Shown here piece by piece: positions 1 through 11,150 of a stretch of 64,000 bases of DNA (positions within the stretch are counted from its first letter, which is position 1; every line of letters begins with the position of its first letter). This stretch comes from Phoronis australis (lineage: Eukaryota > Animalia > Phoronida), in assembly GCA_002633005.1 (NCBI GenBank), contig NMRA01000059.1, positions 547,883 through 611,882 of the forward strand, given 5' to 3'. Made by a program: the position numbers and the translations under genes. Below the pieces are notes generated by a model, which was given only the letters and a program-made list of their open reading frames with translations, was not told the origin of the DNA and did not search any database.

Positions 1-486
1 TCATGGCATGGGTCAACAAACAGGAATATCCATCAATAGCAACATGGCACACCGAATCAATCGTTGGTTTGCCAGATTAGGTAACCTTTCACTTCACTCA
101 AAGAATAATTTCAAACATCGTTAAGGCTTTAACGTGATCAGGTACTCACAGCAAAATGTAAGACTCGCATCTAATGTAAAAACTACCAACAACCAGGAAC
201 ATTGTGTTATCAAACATTGTATGAGTATTCATAACTGAGACATGATCTTAAAACTGCCATTGAATTGCACTGCATGAATAAGGACCAAATTAGCTGCCGT
301 AAATATGACCCTAACCCAGTATTCCCAATCTGTGACCAACTCCTGAACCATGTATCAGCAAGAATACTAAGTTAAACTTCCTCTGCTAATCAAATGGATC
401 CCTACGCGTGTATTCAATTCTCTCGACAGCGAAATTCACTTTACTACACAGCGTCGAGGGCAAACACGTGGATGTTGCGAGCCTAC

Positions 487-588
487 CTTGGGGTCTCGGA
501 CAGCGTTGAAGATACAGTCGAAGAACTGCTGTACTTGTTGGAAGAAGAACGTTGGTGTACATACGGCAAGTTCTCGCAGAACCAAGAC
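487..588 (-). CDS. MTOR: mTOR coding exon 4
   Basis: VLVLRELA...[13 protein letters not shown]...VRDPK, flanked by AG/GT. Confidence 0.93.
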
Positions 589-3500
589 CTGCGGAAATGT
601 AAGAAAAAAATAAGACACCTAAGTTTGACTGGTGGTACTGAGTCGATGGTTGAACAATGCTAACTAGTAAATATACGATCATGGTGGATATGGCAAGAGC
701 CCAACATTATAATTATCAAATAATGTGAATCTTGGCACAAATCACCATAAAGTGCGTCCATGTTCAGTCAAATATTCAAACAACACAACGTGTAACAAAT
801 CCCATACACTATTTGCAAATGGCCAAGCTTTGGCAAAGAATGTGAACGTAGAAGAAAACAGCCATTTGAGTTTTTCACTTTTTATCAATAATTAAGTGTT
901 TTTCAGAAAAAAACGTTTCACCAATTCGTGTCTATTTCAGTACTAAGGCACAAACACATCCCAAGCTGATAACAAGTAGCACATCCCAGGTTGATATCTA
1001 GTGCGACACCATGGACTCATATCTATTGTTACAACCCTGGTCCAGAGTGAGATGACATCGTCGGCACACATCTAGTGGAAGATCTTGGACGCAGTGCGAC
1101 ATACTAGACCAGTCTTATAATTGGTGAGACATCCCAGAAGCATCTTATCTAGCGCCACATCATGAGTTCTTATCTTATATCCAATGTGATATTCTAGACT
1201 TATATCTATTGAGACATCACAAGCTTGTATCTAGTGAAACATCACGTACTCATAGATCTCACGCTGAGAAATGTAGCTGCAGATGTGTGAGACTCTGTAA
1301 GCATGTGCACTCTCTAATTAAAGCCATTTCCCTTAAAGCCCTACCGCAGCGTGCCTCTTGCCCTCATTCCTATCACCAGTCAGCCACTCCAACGACCTTT
1401 TGACTTCAAACTCCACATACTCTGCTGTGTACGTGCCAGAGGCCAGAGCCAGCCGTCCAACAGCCTTGGCAGCAATCTCCATCACACCCACGTCACTAGA
1501 GGGCAGTAGGTTACGTAGGTAGTTGGCAAATCGACTGATGCGCGTGTTGGTGTTACCAATATCCACGCCAATCAGACTCACTAAAAAGAGAAGATGAGTG
1601 AGAGTGAATTGACACAGAACAGGCCGTTGCTTATAACAGCTTATTATTTTAAATGGCTATTCTTATTATTTAAAATGACACAGACAAAAAATCCATTTTC
1701 AAGCTTCAAAAATGAGGCCCCTTTATCAATGTATAATGCAAGGGGCCCTGCTCCTGGTGGTCTTCAGGCAGGGGGGCCCTGCAAATTAATATAGGTGGCA
1801 TCCACTTCTGAGGTTCCAAAATAAATTATTTATGTCATTTCAATATGACATAGGCAAGAAATTCATTTTTGAGCTGCAAAAGTGCTCTCCCCCACTATTG
1901 ATATTGGGGAACCCCACATGATATAGGGAGAATCCACTCTTGGTGGTATTCAGGCGGGGCCGCCTATATTTATATAAGGGTCTCACCTCTGAGGCTCAAA
2001 AATGAAATTTTTCTGGTGTCATTTTAATAAAAATAAGTTGCTTATAATAATAAAGCTGTTTTATGAAAATGTTGCATGTAGCTTTCAAATTTCTTCAAAT
2101 CAAAAAATGGAGATTAATTGTGCAAGTATTATTATACACTATAGCTTGATTATTTACTATTTTTACAGTTATCTTTGCTTCAGTTACTAGTTTGTAAATA
2201 ATAAATTTCAACTTGAGTGAGATTGACTGTAAAGACATTCAACTGCTTTGTGACTAAATTCCTTTACACACCTTCCTGGAAGTTTTAAATTCCCCAAACC
2301 AAAATGACTATTGTTGTATACTTTGCTAAAATATCCAGCAGAAAAATTGGCAAGAAAAATACAAATTCACAGCTGAAGTTGTAGCAAATCAAAAATCGCA
2401 TTTACCAAAAATTTCAAAGGAGAATGAACGAAGATTTAGTCGAATTTCAGGTAAAAAGCATCAATACCACATTTTCGATCTGAAGCATCAACAAACTCTG
2501 ACCACGAAGGCCAAAGTCTAAGTGTACCAAATAAATCACCCTACTTTGATGTGTTAAAAACCTCTAAAATGTATAAATTCTATCAAAAATGAAGTTAATA
2601 CAAATAATTTAGTGTTTGTGGTTCAACTCTAATCTCACCCATAGCTAAAAGTGTAGTGTTTGTGATTCAACTCTAATCTCACCCATAGCTAAAAGTGTAG
2701 TGTTTGTGATTCAACTCTAATCTCACCCATAGCTAAAAGTGTAGTGTTTGTGATTCAACTCTAATCTCACCCATAGCTAAAAGTGCAGTGGGTGTGGCTT
2801 ATTTCTGATCTTACCTATAGCTAAAATTCCTCCTTTCTTTTCGTTAACATCCGAACTAGAGACCAACTCAAAAATGTAGTGGTTGAACTCGTCCATGAAG
2901 TTAGTCAACTCATCTACACTAACCTGGATGAGAAATAACATCATTAACATTCCATGACTCCACATCGCTACATTCACCACTATCTGAGGTTCTAACTTGA
3001 AAAATGTAAAAGTGGGAGATTCTCCCTTTTTGAAATGCTCAAAAAATTGAGCAACGAAGGCACAAGCGCGAGCGGGAAAAGCAAAGTGTTCTGAATGTTA
3101 CAGTTAGCAACAATAACAAAAAAGATCAGCTACCTTACTATATCTACAGGTTTTAATAAAGGAAGCAACTCAAACACAGTGTTTTGCAAAGAATGCAGAA
3201 ATCAATAGATCATGTACGGCACAAAATATGAAAAAGTTATATTTTATGAATGTTGTGATAAACAATTTTAGGTGGGTAGACAGGTGGAAAGGATATTTAC
3301 ACTAAAACGGAGAATCTCCCGCCGACAGTATTGGAGCCTCTGTACTATAAGTTGTAATAAAATAAATTGTCAACCTTCCTGGAATTTTTTCAACAATATA
3401 AAATTCGTGTTTAATACTATCTATAATATTTTCGTAAACTCATTGCTTACGTACACGCCAAATACACCAGTTACATGAGACAATCTAAACTACTTGACAA

Positions 3501-6500
3501 ATCTTTGTTAGCCATTTTCAGGCCTTGCAGATTTGAATATCGATTTGTCTGCAGTGTGTGGGTTGACTTGCTCAAAAATGTGTACACCTATCCTACTCTC
3601 AAGTTCCGAATAATCGTATCTATACGATTATTTTTTTCCGCCTCGTTTTCCGGTCTATACGGCGCTTATTCGGGTCTCTACGTTTATTAATTTTCTAACC
3701 TTTTTCCACTCTCCACGATTATTTAATTCAGCAAGTTCAAATTTTTGTTTCATTCAATACAAATTTGGTGCACAAAAACTTCGCTGCAGACACCGGGTAT
3801 CGTACCTTGGTCATAAAACAAGTTAATTCGCTCTAAACCTCTAGACCACGAGACACTCTGTTCAGAGCTCGTAATTTAGAAGAGCTATATAAGACTCCGC
3901 GTTATACACGGAAGTCACATGTCATACATATTAAAAATTTTATTCCCTAAAATATACAACTGTGTGTTTCAAAGCGTAAAATAATCGGACTCCCAAGCAA
4001 GGGTTTACACAGCGACCGTCTGTTGGACCATACACGAGTATCTATGGTTGGACAGCCAGAATGTTATTTTGGACGGGTTCGATGGGATCTGTGTCGGCAA
4101 AATTTAAAAAAGCTTGAAATGATGACCACTTTCTCAATATTAACGGCTGGTCGGCAGTCGCTCAAAGAAATAGGGGATCAGTAATTACAGAAATGAGAAA
4201 TTTAATACACAAAAAGTGCATTTTTCAATATTCCGCGCGCCCGTGACACAGATCGGTGTTAACGGCAGCTCAACATACTTATCAATAAAAACGCTTTCGA
4301 CAAGTTTCTTTGGCTGATCCATTATTTGTGATTGCACCCTGTGAAAAACTGGCAAGCCGTTACACCTCTTCACTGTGTCTATCCCCAAAGTTTGCGTTTC
4401 CGGGGGGAGTAATTCCGAGATTTTGCACAGCCAGTGTCATCTGTGGTTTCCATATTGACATGTGTATTCTACATACTTAATCATGTCGTTTGCCGCACAA
4501 AGGCCTAAAGAATTCGAGGATTATTTTACAAAACGAGAGATGATCCAGAAACTGACATTGATTCAGGTGCTAGTAGACGACAAATAATCCAGCTACAGAT
4601 ATGTAACGTGGTGATAACGCGGCCAGTCAACGAAGCGCAAATACCCGTGCAATTAATGAACGGTGCCAAACCTTTCAATCAACAAAGTACCAACAAGTTG
4701 CCGAAGTCATCGGACATCGGCATTTTTACAATTCGCTCCAAACTTGAGAATAGATTGTTTTTGTGAACAGGAAGAATGGACTTGTGACAATCTTGAAAAT
4801 GACATAGTTGCTAACGTTCAACAATCCAGTCGATATCTATTGAAATTGATTTCTACTTGCTCTCCCGTCCAAATAAATGAAAAAACGCACGTGAATCGGT
4901 TTGTTTATTATACCTAATTAGATATTCAAGATGGTTGACATAGTCGTGGTCGTGGACTCGAATGTTGGGCAATTCTGCGAGAAATTTCAATTTCTGGCCG
5001 TGTAAAATTTTGGATGTAGCCTAAAGACTTTTTGACGTCGAATTCTGACTAACATTACGAGGGTATTGACTGTGCAAGCCATGAGATTGAGAGAAAACAA
5101 AGGCTCGAATGTCAGGAACATTTATGATAAAAATGGGACTCGTTTTACCAAGACACTTTATTGTCTTTATTCAGACTGTCGGCTTCGTGGAAGACTGGAC
5201 GTTCCTTCTGAAATCTTTACCTCCTTGTTAGTTTTTGGACTTAGTCAACATTGTCATCTCTAGTATGAATGTCACATTCTTTTTGAGTAAAATGATACCG
5301 CTTGCTGTTTGAAACACATCTATTTAGACTTCCATTTAAAGTTATTGAATAAACGAATGGTCTTTGTTTTAGCAATGACGCTTTTATTCCACTTCACCGT
5401 ACTATGTTATGGCATGGGTGGATACACCACTGCAGCAATTAAACTATGCTAATGTTCAGTTTAAAATTTTTTCTTTGAAACAATTACTTAAAGCGGTGGT
5501 AATTCAGACAGAATTTGCTTCTTTGCACTATTATTCCTATCTATATCATTAGATTTTGCACTTCCTATTATTTCCATCTGCCGTTACTTGATGTTACGCA
5601 AATTTGTAATCAATGTTATTCCAGTCAAAACTATTTTTAATTTTCCACAAATTTCCCGTCTACACCATTATTCCCTAGAATTTGCTGTTTTGCATTATTA
5701 TTCTCGTCTATATCATTATTAGGTTTTACCTATATTTGTAATAAATATTATTATTCCAGTCTATACTATGTTTAAACTTCCACAAATTTGCCGTCTATAC
5801 CATTATTCCATTCTATACTATTATTAATTTTTTCCGACAAATTTCCGGTCTATCCTATTATTCTACTTTTCTAGTGGCAAAAATGTTGGGTCTTTACTAT
5901 TATTAGAGTCTCTACTATTATTAAAAATCGTGAAATTTTCCAGTCTATACTATTATTGCTGTCTCTACTACTATTCGGAACTCCAGAGTATGGTATATGG
6001 CCAAGGGAACCATGTCTCAGATTTTTTACTTTCTTTCGCACAACAAAGATATGGACTGTCAAAAATGAAGACTGGGAATGTTGTTCTAAAAAGGAAGTTG
6101 CTGATAATTCTGCTGTTTGAGAGTTTCATTTGAGACACTGCTCCCTGTGTATTGCTAATATTACAATGCACAATTCAAACACAAAATTTACCACAGCTTA
6201 GGTTTTTAGAAACTCATGTTCAAATCAAAAATGATAATTTTCCCACAAATAAGTTAATGATAAATGATCGAGTCACATTTTAACACGTGCATTAAGATAT
6301 ATACTTTGACCGAGTCACAAAGAAGAGCTAAAATTTATTTGATCAACATCAAAAGACTTCACAAAGGTTGAAAATTCCTTCAAGCAAAAGTAAACATAAC
6401 AGGTTTTGTCAACTTTGCTGACAGACTTCGAAACAAACAAGCACCAAAATGCTTGCAACTGCTTGACCTGTTATAAGTTTGTTGTGAACCTGGTTATATA

Positions 6501-6854
6501 GTTTCAAAAGTTCGAGCAAAAATAATTTAGTAACATTAACATTACAAATTCTAACCCAGGGGCCTGTTTCAATAGAATGTTGTACCTTCACAGTATTTGT
6601 GCAGACACTAAACCGAGATTTTTGTAAGTCTTCAGCATAAAAATTACTGTTAATTTACATTTTAGTGTAACAGGTCTCCAATACGTAACAATTTTTAATT
6701 CAATAGGATACATAAATCCTCCCTTCATTTAGCAACTCACCTCTCTAAGTTCAGTGGTCACATAGTGGTGAAGGTCTCGGGCTGCCCTGGCACGCGAATC
6801 ATCATTGCGGCTCTTCAGGCCAGCAATAAACTGACTCATCAATGTAGATGCCAT
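487..6854 (-). CDS. MTOR: Serine/threonine kinase mTOR, N-terminal HEAT-repeat exons (gene continues beyond left edge)
   Basis: Coding exons 6854-6741 ([38 protein letters not shown]), 2923-2815 ([36 protein letters not shown]), 1580-1345 ([78 protein letters not shown]), 588-487 ([34 protein letters not shown]). All introns are GT-AG with consistent phases 0/1/0; the peptides match the well-known metazoan TOR N-terminus. Confidence 0.96.
955..1260. repeat. Degenerate ~30-bp minisatellite in mTOR intron
   Basis: Recurrent catccc/catca...atatctagtg.gaca units. Confidence 0.5.
1345..1580 (-). CDS. MTOR: mTOR coding exon 3
   Basis: [15 protein letters not shown]...[14 protein letters not shown]...RHAA, flanked by AG/GT. 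Confidence 0.94.
2611..2826 (-). repeat. 44-bp tandem repeat whose last, diverged unit is the real mTOR exon-2 donor junction
   Basis: Four near-identical copies of agtgtttgtgattcaactctaatctcacccatagctaaaagtgt; fifth unit ctgatcttacctatagctaaaa overlaps the exon end at 2815. Confidence 0.85.
2815..2923 (-). CDS. MTOR: mTOR coding exon 2
   Basis: ccag acceptor, gtaag donor, EKKGGILAI motif. Confidence 0.93.
5530..5996. repeat. MITE-like fragment with internal tctatactattatt repeats
   Basis: Many copies of (g)tcta(t/c)actattatt ending in ...cggaactccagagtatggta. Confidence 0.45.
6741..6854 (-). CDS. MTOR: mTOR first coding exon
   Basis: ATG at 6854-6852 preceded by acceptor ttttag (6864-6869) and a 9-nt UTR; donor gtgagt at 6740-6735. 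Confidence 0.92.
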
Positions 6855-7099
6855 GGTCACAACCTAAAACATTCATAATTTGGCTCTGAACCAGCTACGG
6901 CAGCTAAACATGATATGTCGCAAGACAAATATTCAACAGCCCTAACAATGGTAACAAATCTAAAACTGGAGAAGATCACACGTACTAGTATGGTGGATAT
7001 GATGGGCAATGGCCATCTTTAAAATGTGTAGGTGGTCTGATGTGCATTGCATTAGATGTGAGCAGCCCGCTCAGTCAGACCCTGGCATCATCATGGTGT

Positions 7100-7445
7100 A
7101 TACTAGCCAATGACCATCGCCTCTGTTGGCCCGAACCAGAGGCGATGTAGAGGCTATAGGCGCTCTGTACGCCGGAAGCTTTTCGGCGAATTATGCCTCG
7201 CACCGACTAAACCATCAAAGTCACGTTGTTATAAATACCTTTTGCGCATAGAGGAACACCTTAGGAGGTTGTCGATGTGTTTAAGTCCTTCCAACTCCAA
7301 CAAATACTCCCGTTATGAAACTTTTTCTTCGATCAGTCCCTATTTCAGTTCCCAAAATCGTGAAATCAAAATTTGCATTTTTTTAACCAGGCCGAAGGTC
7401 AGAAGTTGCGATCCTACCGGCGAACTTTGAAAGCTGAAGTTCCCG
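7100..7445. promoter_or_regulatory. Probable bidirectional promoter / non-coding first exon region between mTOR and UBIAD1
   Basis: CpG-richer segment between divergent genes, ETS-like ccggaag at 7172, candidate minus-strand donor (aggtattt) near 7238; inference only. Confidence 0.4.
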
Positions 7446-7446
7446 N

Positions 7447-7935
7447 GGACTGGGGCTAAAGTACATTGCTTTAGGTGATATCGTTATTTTCCTGACATTT
7501 GGACCCCTGACAGTGCTGTTTGCTTTCTTGGCTCAAAGTACGAATCTCTCTTGGTTACCTCTTGTGTATGCCTTGCCAATGGCATTGACAACTGAAGCAA
7601 TCTTGCACACCAATAACGTGAGAGACGCAGAATCGGACAAACGGTCTGGAGTTGTAACAATGGCTATCATCCTGGGCCACTCAGGATCTTACGTGTTATT
7701 CAATTTACTTATTTTTGTTCCTTACATTGGCCTGTCTGTTTTGGTCATGCACTATTCTAAATGGTTTTTGCTCCCTGTACTGACAATTGTGTATGCGTTC
7801 AGACATGAGAAGAATTTTAGACAGCAGAAGTTAAGAAAACTTCCACAAGCTATTGCAAAGTTGAATCTTTTGTTTGGTGTGACTTACATTTTATCAATTG
7901 TATTAACACCGTACGCTTCTCTCCCTGGTGTCTAA
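7447..7935 (+). CDS. UBIAD1: UbiA prenyltransferase domain-containing protein 1, terminal exon (5' part missing at N 7446)
   Basis: Open frame from the N: GLGLKYIALGDIVIFLTFGPLTVLFAFLAQ...LVYALPMALTTEAILHTNNVRDAESDKRSGVVTMAIILG...LPQAIAKLNL, containing the UbiA NNxRDxxxD motif; stop TAA at 7933-7935. Confidence 0.94.
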   Translation, partial: GLGLKYIALGDIVIFLTFGPLTVLFAFLAQSTNLSWLPLVYALPMALTTEAILHTNNVRDAESDKRSGVVTMAIILGHSGSYVLFNLLIFVPYIGLSVLVMHYSKWFLLPVLTIVYAFRHEKNFRQQKLRKLPQAIAKLNLLFGVTYILSIVLTPYASLPGV

Positions 7936-10900
7936 TTTTACATTACACAACATTCATTACACCCAACTGAAGGTCAGTAGCTGGGTAAAACTTTAAACTG
8001 CTACTAATACTTGGAAACTAACCCCTATTTATTATGAGTCCATTGAATGTAATCAATAGATGACATTGGTAAGTTTATGAAATTGTATTATAAAAAACCT
8101 AAAGATTAATGGTATAAATCTTCTAAAAGTATTTGACTTATGTAGTGTTATGCATTACTGTCCTACACAAACACCCCATGAGAGTGACAACCTTATGGAG
8201 GAGTTAGCGCAGTGTTTGGATCCATTTTCATCTTCTAAAAATTCTGATAATGATAATGAATCCATTTCGAATGATACGCTATCAAGCCACACAGTTCTAA
8301 GGTCAATTGCTACCTTTCTGACTCAGTTGTCTTATTGTAACATATTTGAAGTTCTTGTGACAAGCTTCCTGTGCATTTCACAATTTTGGTTTCAGTGTAA
8401 GAATTAAAGCCCCATGAAGGATCATCTTTGAAACAAACATTGTTGTGGTTCATGTTTTGAAGTAGAAGTCCTTATATTTTTTTAATGTAGAGAGTAGTGT
8501 TGCTAATTGTTTAAACCACAGACCAATGGTTCACTGCTGCTAAATTGATTTATTCCAGTTTGAAGTTTGTGAATTTTAATTGGTGCTTTATGACTTTAAC
8601 TCGATTGTACTCTAATATTTATTATCAACTTTTGTGACCTCAACTTCTGTCTTGAACATGAAAGTCGTATATAAAGTATGTTGGTTTTAGCTTAACTTGT
8701 CTCAACAAAGGTTGCTGTCATTAAAAGGAATTGAGAGTTCATTAGTGTCTCTTTTCTGCATGGATTGGAATTTTCCTCTTTTAAAAGGATTTTCTCTTTT
8801 TTGGTTCCCATTTCTTCTTATTTCATTTCCAGTTTCATCTTTATCTCTTTTTTATCATTATTTTGACTTTATTAATGCAAAAATACTTATTTCAGTTAAA
8901 TTTTACAGCACAAAAATATTTCTATCATACAAGCCTATTTGTGAAACAATGCATCACCTGGAAAAATTTTCTCTTTTTTGTCTTTGGTCATTCCAAGCCC
9001 TGTAATTAGCAGACTTATTTGGAAAGGTTGACTAACTTTGGTTTTGGGGGTTTTTGACTATCTTTTTCACTTGACAATTGTGGGAGGCTGCCCCACTAGA
9101 GGGCTTGTTATTGACATGTTGCCATTGTGCGGTGGGGGGCATTTTGTCACCTCTGGTGTCATCTCGTGTAGGTATTGCACCTTCTCAGTGTCATTTCCCA
9201 TGGTTATTTCAGCCTCCTGGGTGGGTAAATCAAAGAAGCAGGGTCGAGGTAATTTTTCATTTTATATTGTCTGGGGTGACCATTTTCTCTATTGTCAAGT
9301 TATTCCGTTGTTTTGTTCTAGATCTTGAAAATGTTGAGGCACCCAGTACCCATTTGTCTTCCCTAAATTATCCTTTTGAAGATGGACATCATTTTCTTTC
9401 ATAGAAAAGTTTGAGACTTGATTTTTTATTCAGTAACACGTTGGTAGTTTGACCCTTAGATAATGAGTAGAAATGAAGTGTCCCTTATAAGGAACATAGC
9501 GCTAAAAACTACACTTTTTAACAATACTTTTTGTTTTGAAGACATTTGTGTTCGTAATTAATTAAAAGTTATGACAATTTGACAATTCTTTACCAATTTA
9601 TCACACAATAGGATAAACAATTAATATTCTGTGTTTATAAGTAAAATCAACTTACTCAGACACTGGGGATATAGAAGTTCGAACATTTCCAACTGTGCTC
9701 TAAAGTTTTTTTGACAAGGACTGGTAGGGGGGCGTCTTGGTTTCCGGTCCTTCTGTTATCCGGAAGAAGTATAGCGTCATAGATCGGCGAGACCATGAAA
9801 AACCTTTTTTCAATCAAGTAATATGCTGTCAACTTTCTACTTGCAAAAAATATAAGATAATTTTCGTCTTATTAATTTGATTTTATGTGCATATTTCGTT
9901 AAACATTAGTAAAGTTTCCAATAATTGCGTCAAAGTAATCAGAAAAATTTCGATTTTGGCTTTTGAATGTGTAAAATAAGTGAACAATTAAAGTATATGG
10001 AATTACTTATTTATAGGTACATGTAGTCCAACGCATGGTCATGTGTTTCTGTATTTAAACATTTTGTAAACCCTCGTTTTGTCCCAAAACTAACTTGATT
10101 TAGTCCATTTCCCAAGATGAAATTAGTCTCGAATTGTTGCTTAGTCAATTTCTGGTTTTGGAAAGATCTGATAGTTTGTTATTGCTTGATACCTTGCCCT
10201 ATAAGTTATGTTGTCGTTGGATCCATGTTATGTGTGAGGCTTGGTCTTAAGTATATGAATCTATTCTCGTGAAATTCAGGAACAAGTTGAAACCAATTTT
10301 ATAACATGGCTGTTCTAAATTTATATTTAGTTTTCTTGACCAGCAAGCTGGTATAGAACTCAATATTGTGAGCTGAACAACTGTTAAGTGTTTGTGTTAC
10401 ACTTTGTCAAGTGCTGAATTGATGTGTTGTGAAACTTTCATTTATTATTACGTACAGAAATTTGGACATGGTGCTTAGTGATAATAAAGCAATGTTCTCA
10501 GGAAAAAGTCTAACATTTCAAACTGTATGCTTCGTTGGAAATGATTCCGATAATTGTTAGCTGGTAGAATATTGGGGAAATCCTTAAAACTCATTTCTGT
10601 CTATTTTAAATAACAAATACCTTCATAAAAACGTGGAACTGTTATATGTTTCTGAAGTCTATTATTTTATCTAAAAAGGGCAGCACTAGTAAGAGCTGAA
10701 CCATAGTGTCTTCAAACATTTTTTTAGAAAATCACTGAACCTTCAAGCGCTAACTCAGATGGTGGTTTTAATACATGCATTTAGACTGTACACGGTCTTG
10801 ATTCTAATACTACCTTTTTGTGCGAAAGCCACTCAAATCGAGTGCCTGTGCTATGTAATCTACCTTTGTGGAGGAAACTATGTCTATCAGTTGTATGACG

Positions 10901-10992
10901 GCCTGTCTTCACTATATACTATGACTGTGTCTGTTCACTCTGGGATTCGAAAAACTGTAATTGCTTGAGACCATGTTCAGTTTGTACGGTGA

Positions 10993-11150
10993 CAGTGGCG
11001 AAGTTAAGGGAGGGGGGACAAGGAGGCTAATGCCCCCCTAAAATTCTCCCATATTCCATTTGGCACTTCAGGGGTGCAAATGTCTGACGGGCAAAATTTT
11101 TGCTAATACTCTGCCCTGCCCCCCAACTCAAAATCCTGGATCCGCCCCTG
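10993..11150 (+). mobile_element. Short non-autonomous DNA element (MITE) with CAG...CTG ends and 5-bp TSD
   Basis: cagtggcgaa...gatccgcccctg flanked by GGTGA/GGTGA; relatives at 16829-16998 and 61692-61852. Confidence 0.75.

Noticed and set aside
5066-5263. FLYWCH/MULE-like zinc-finger fragment ([13 protein letters not shown])
   Set aside because: Only a vague resemblance; no supporting transposase core or TIRs identified
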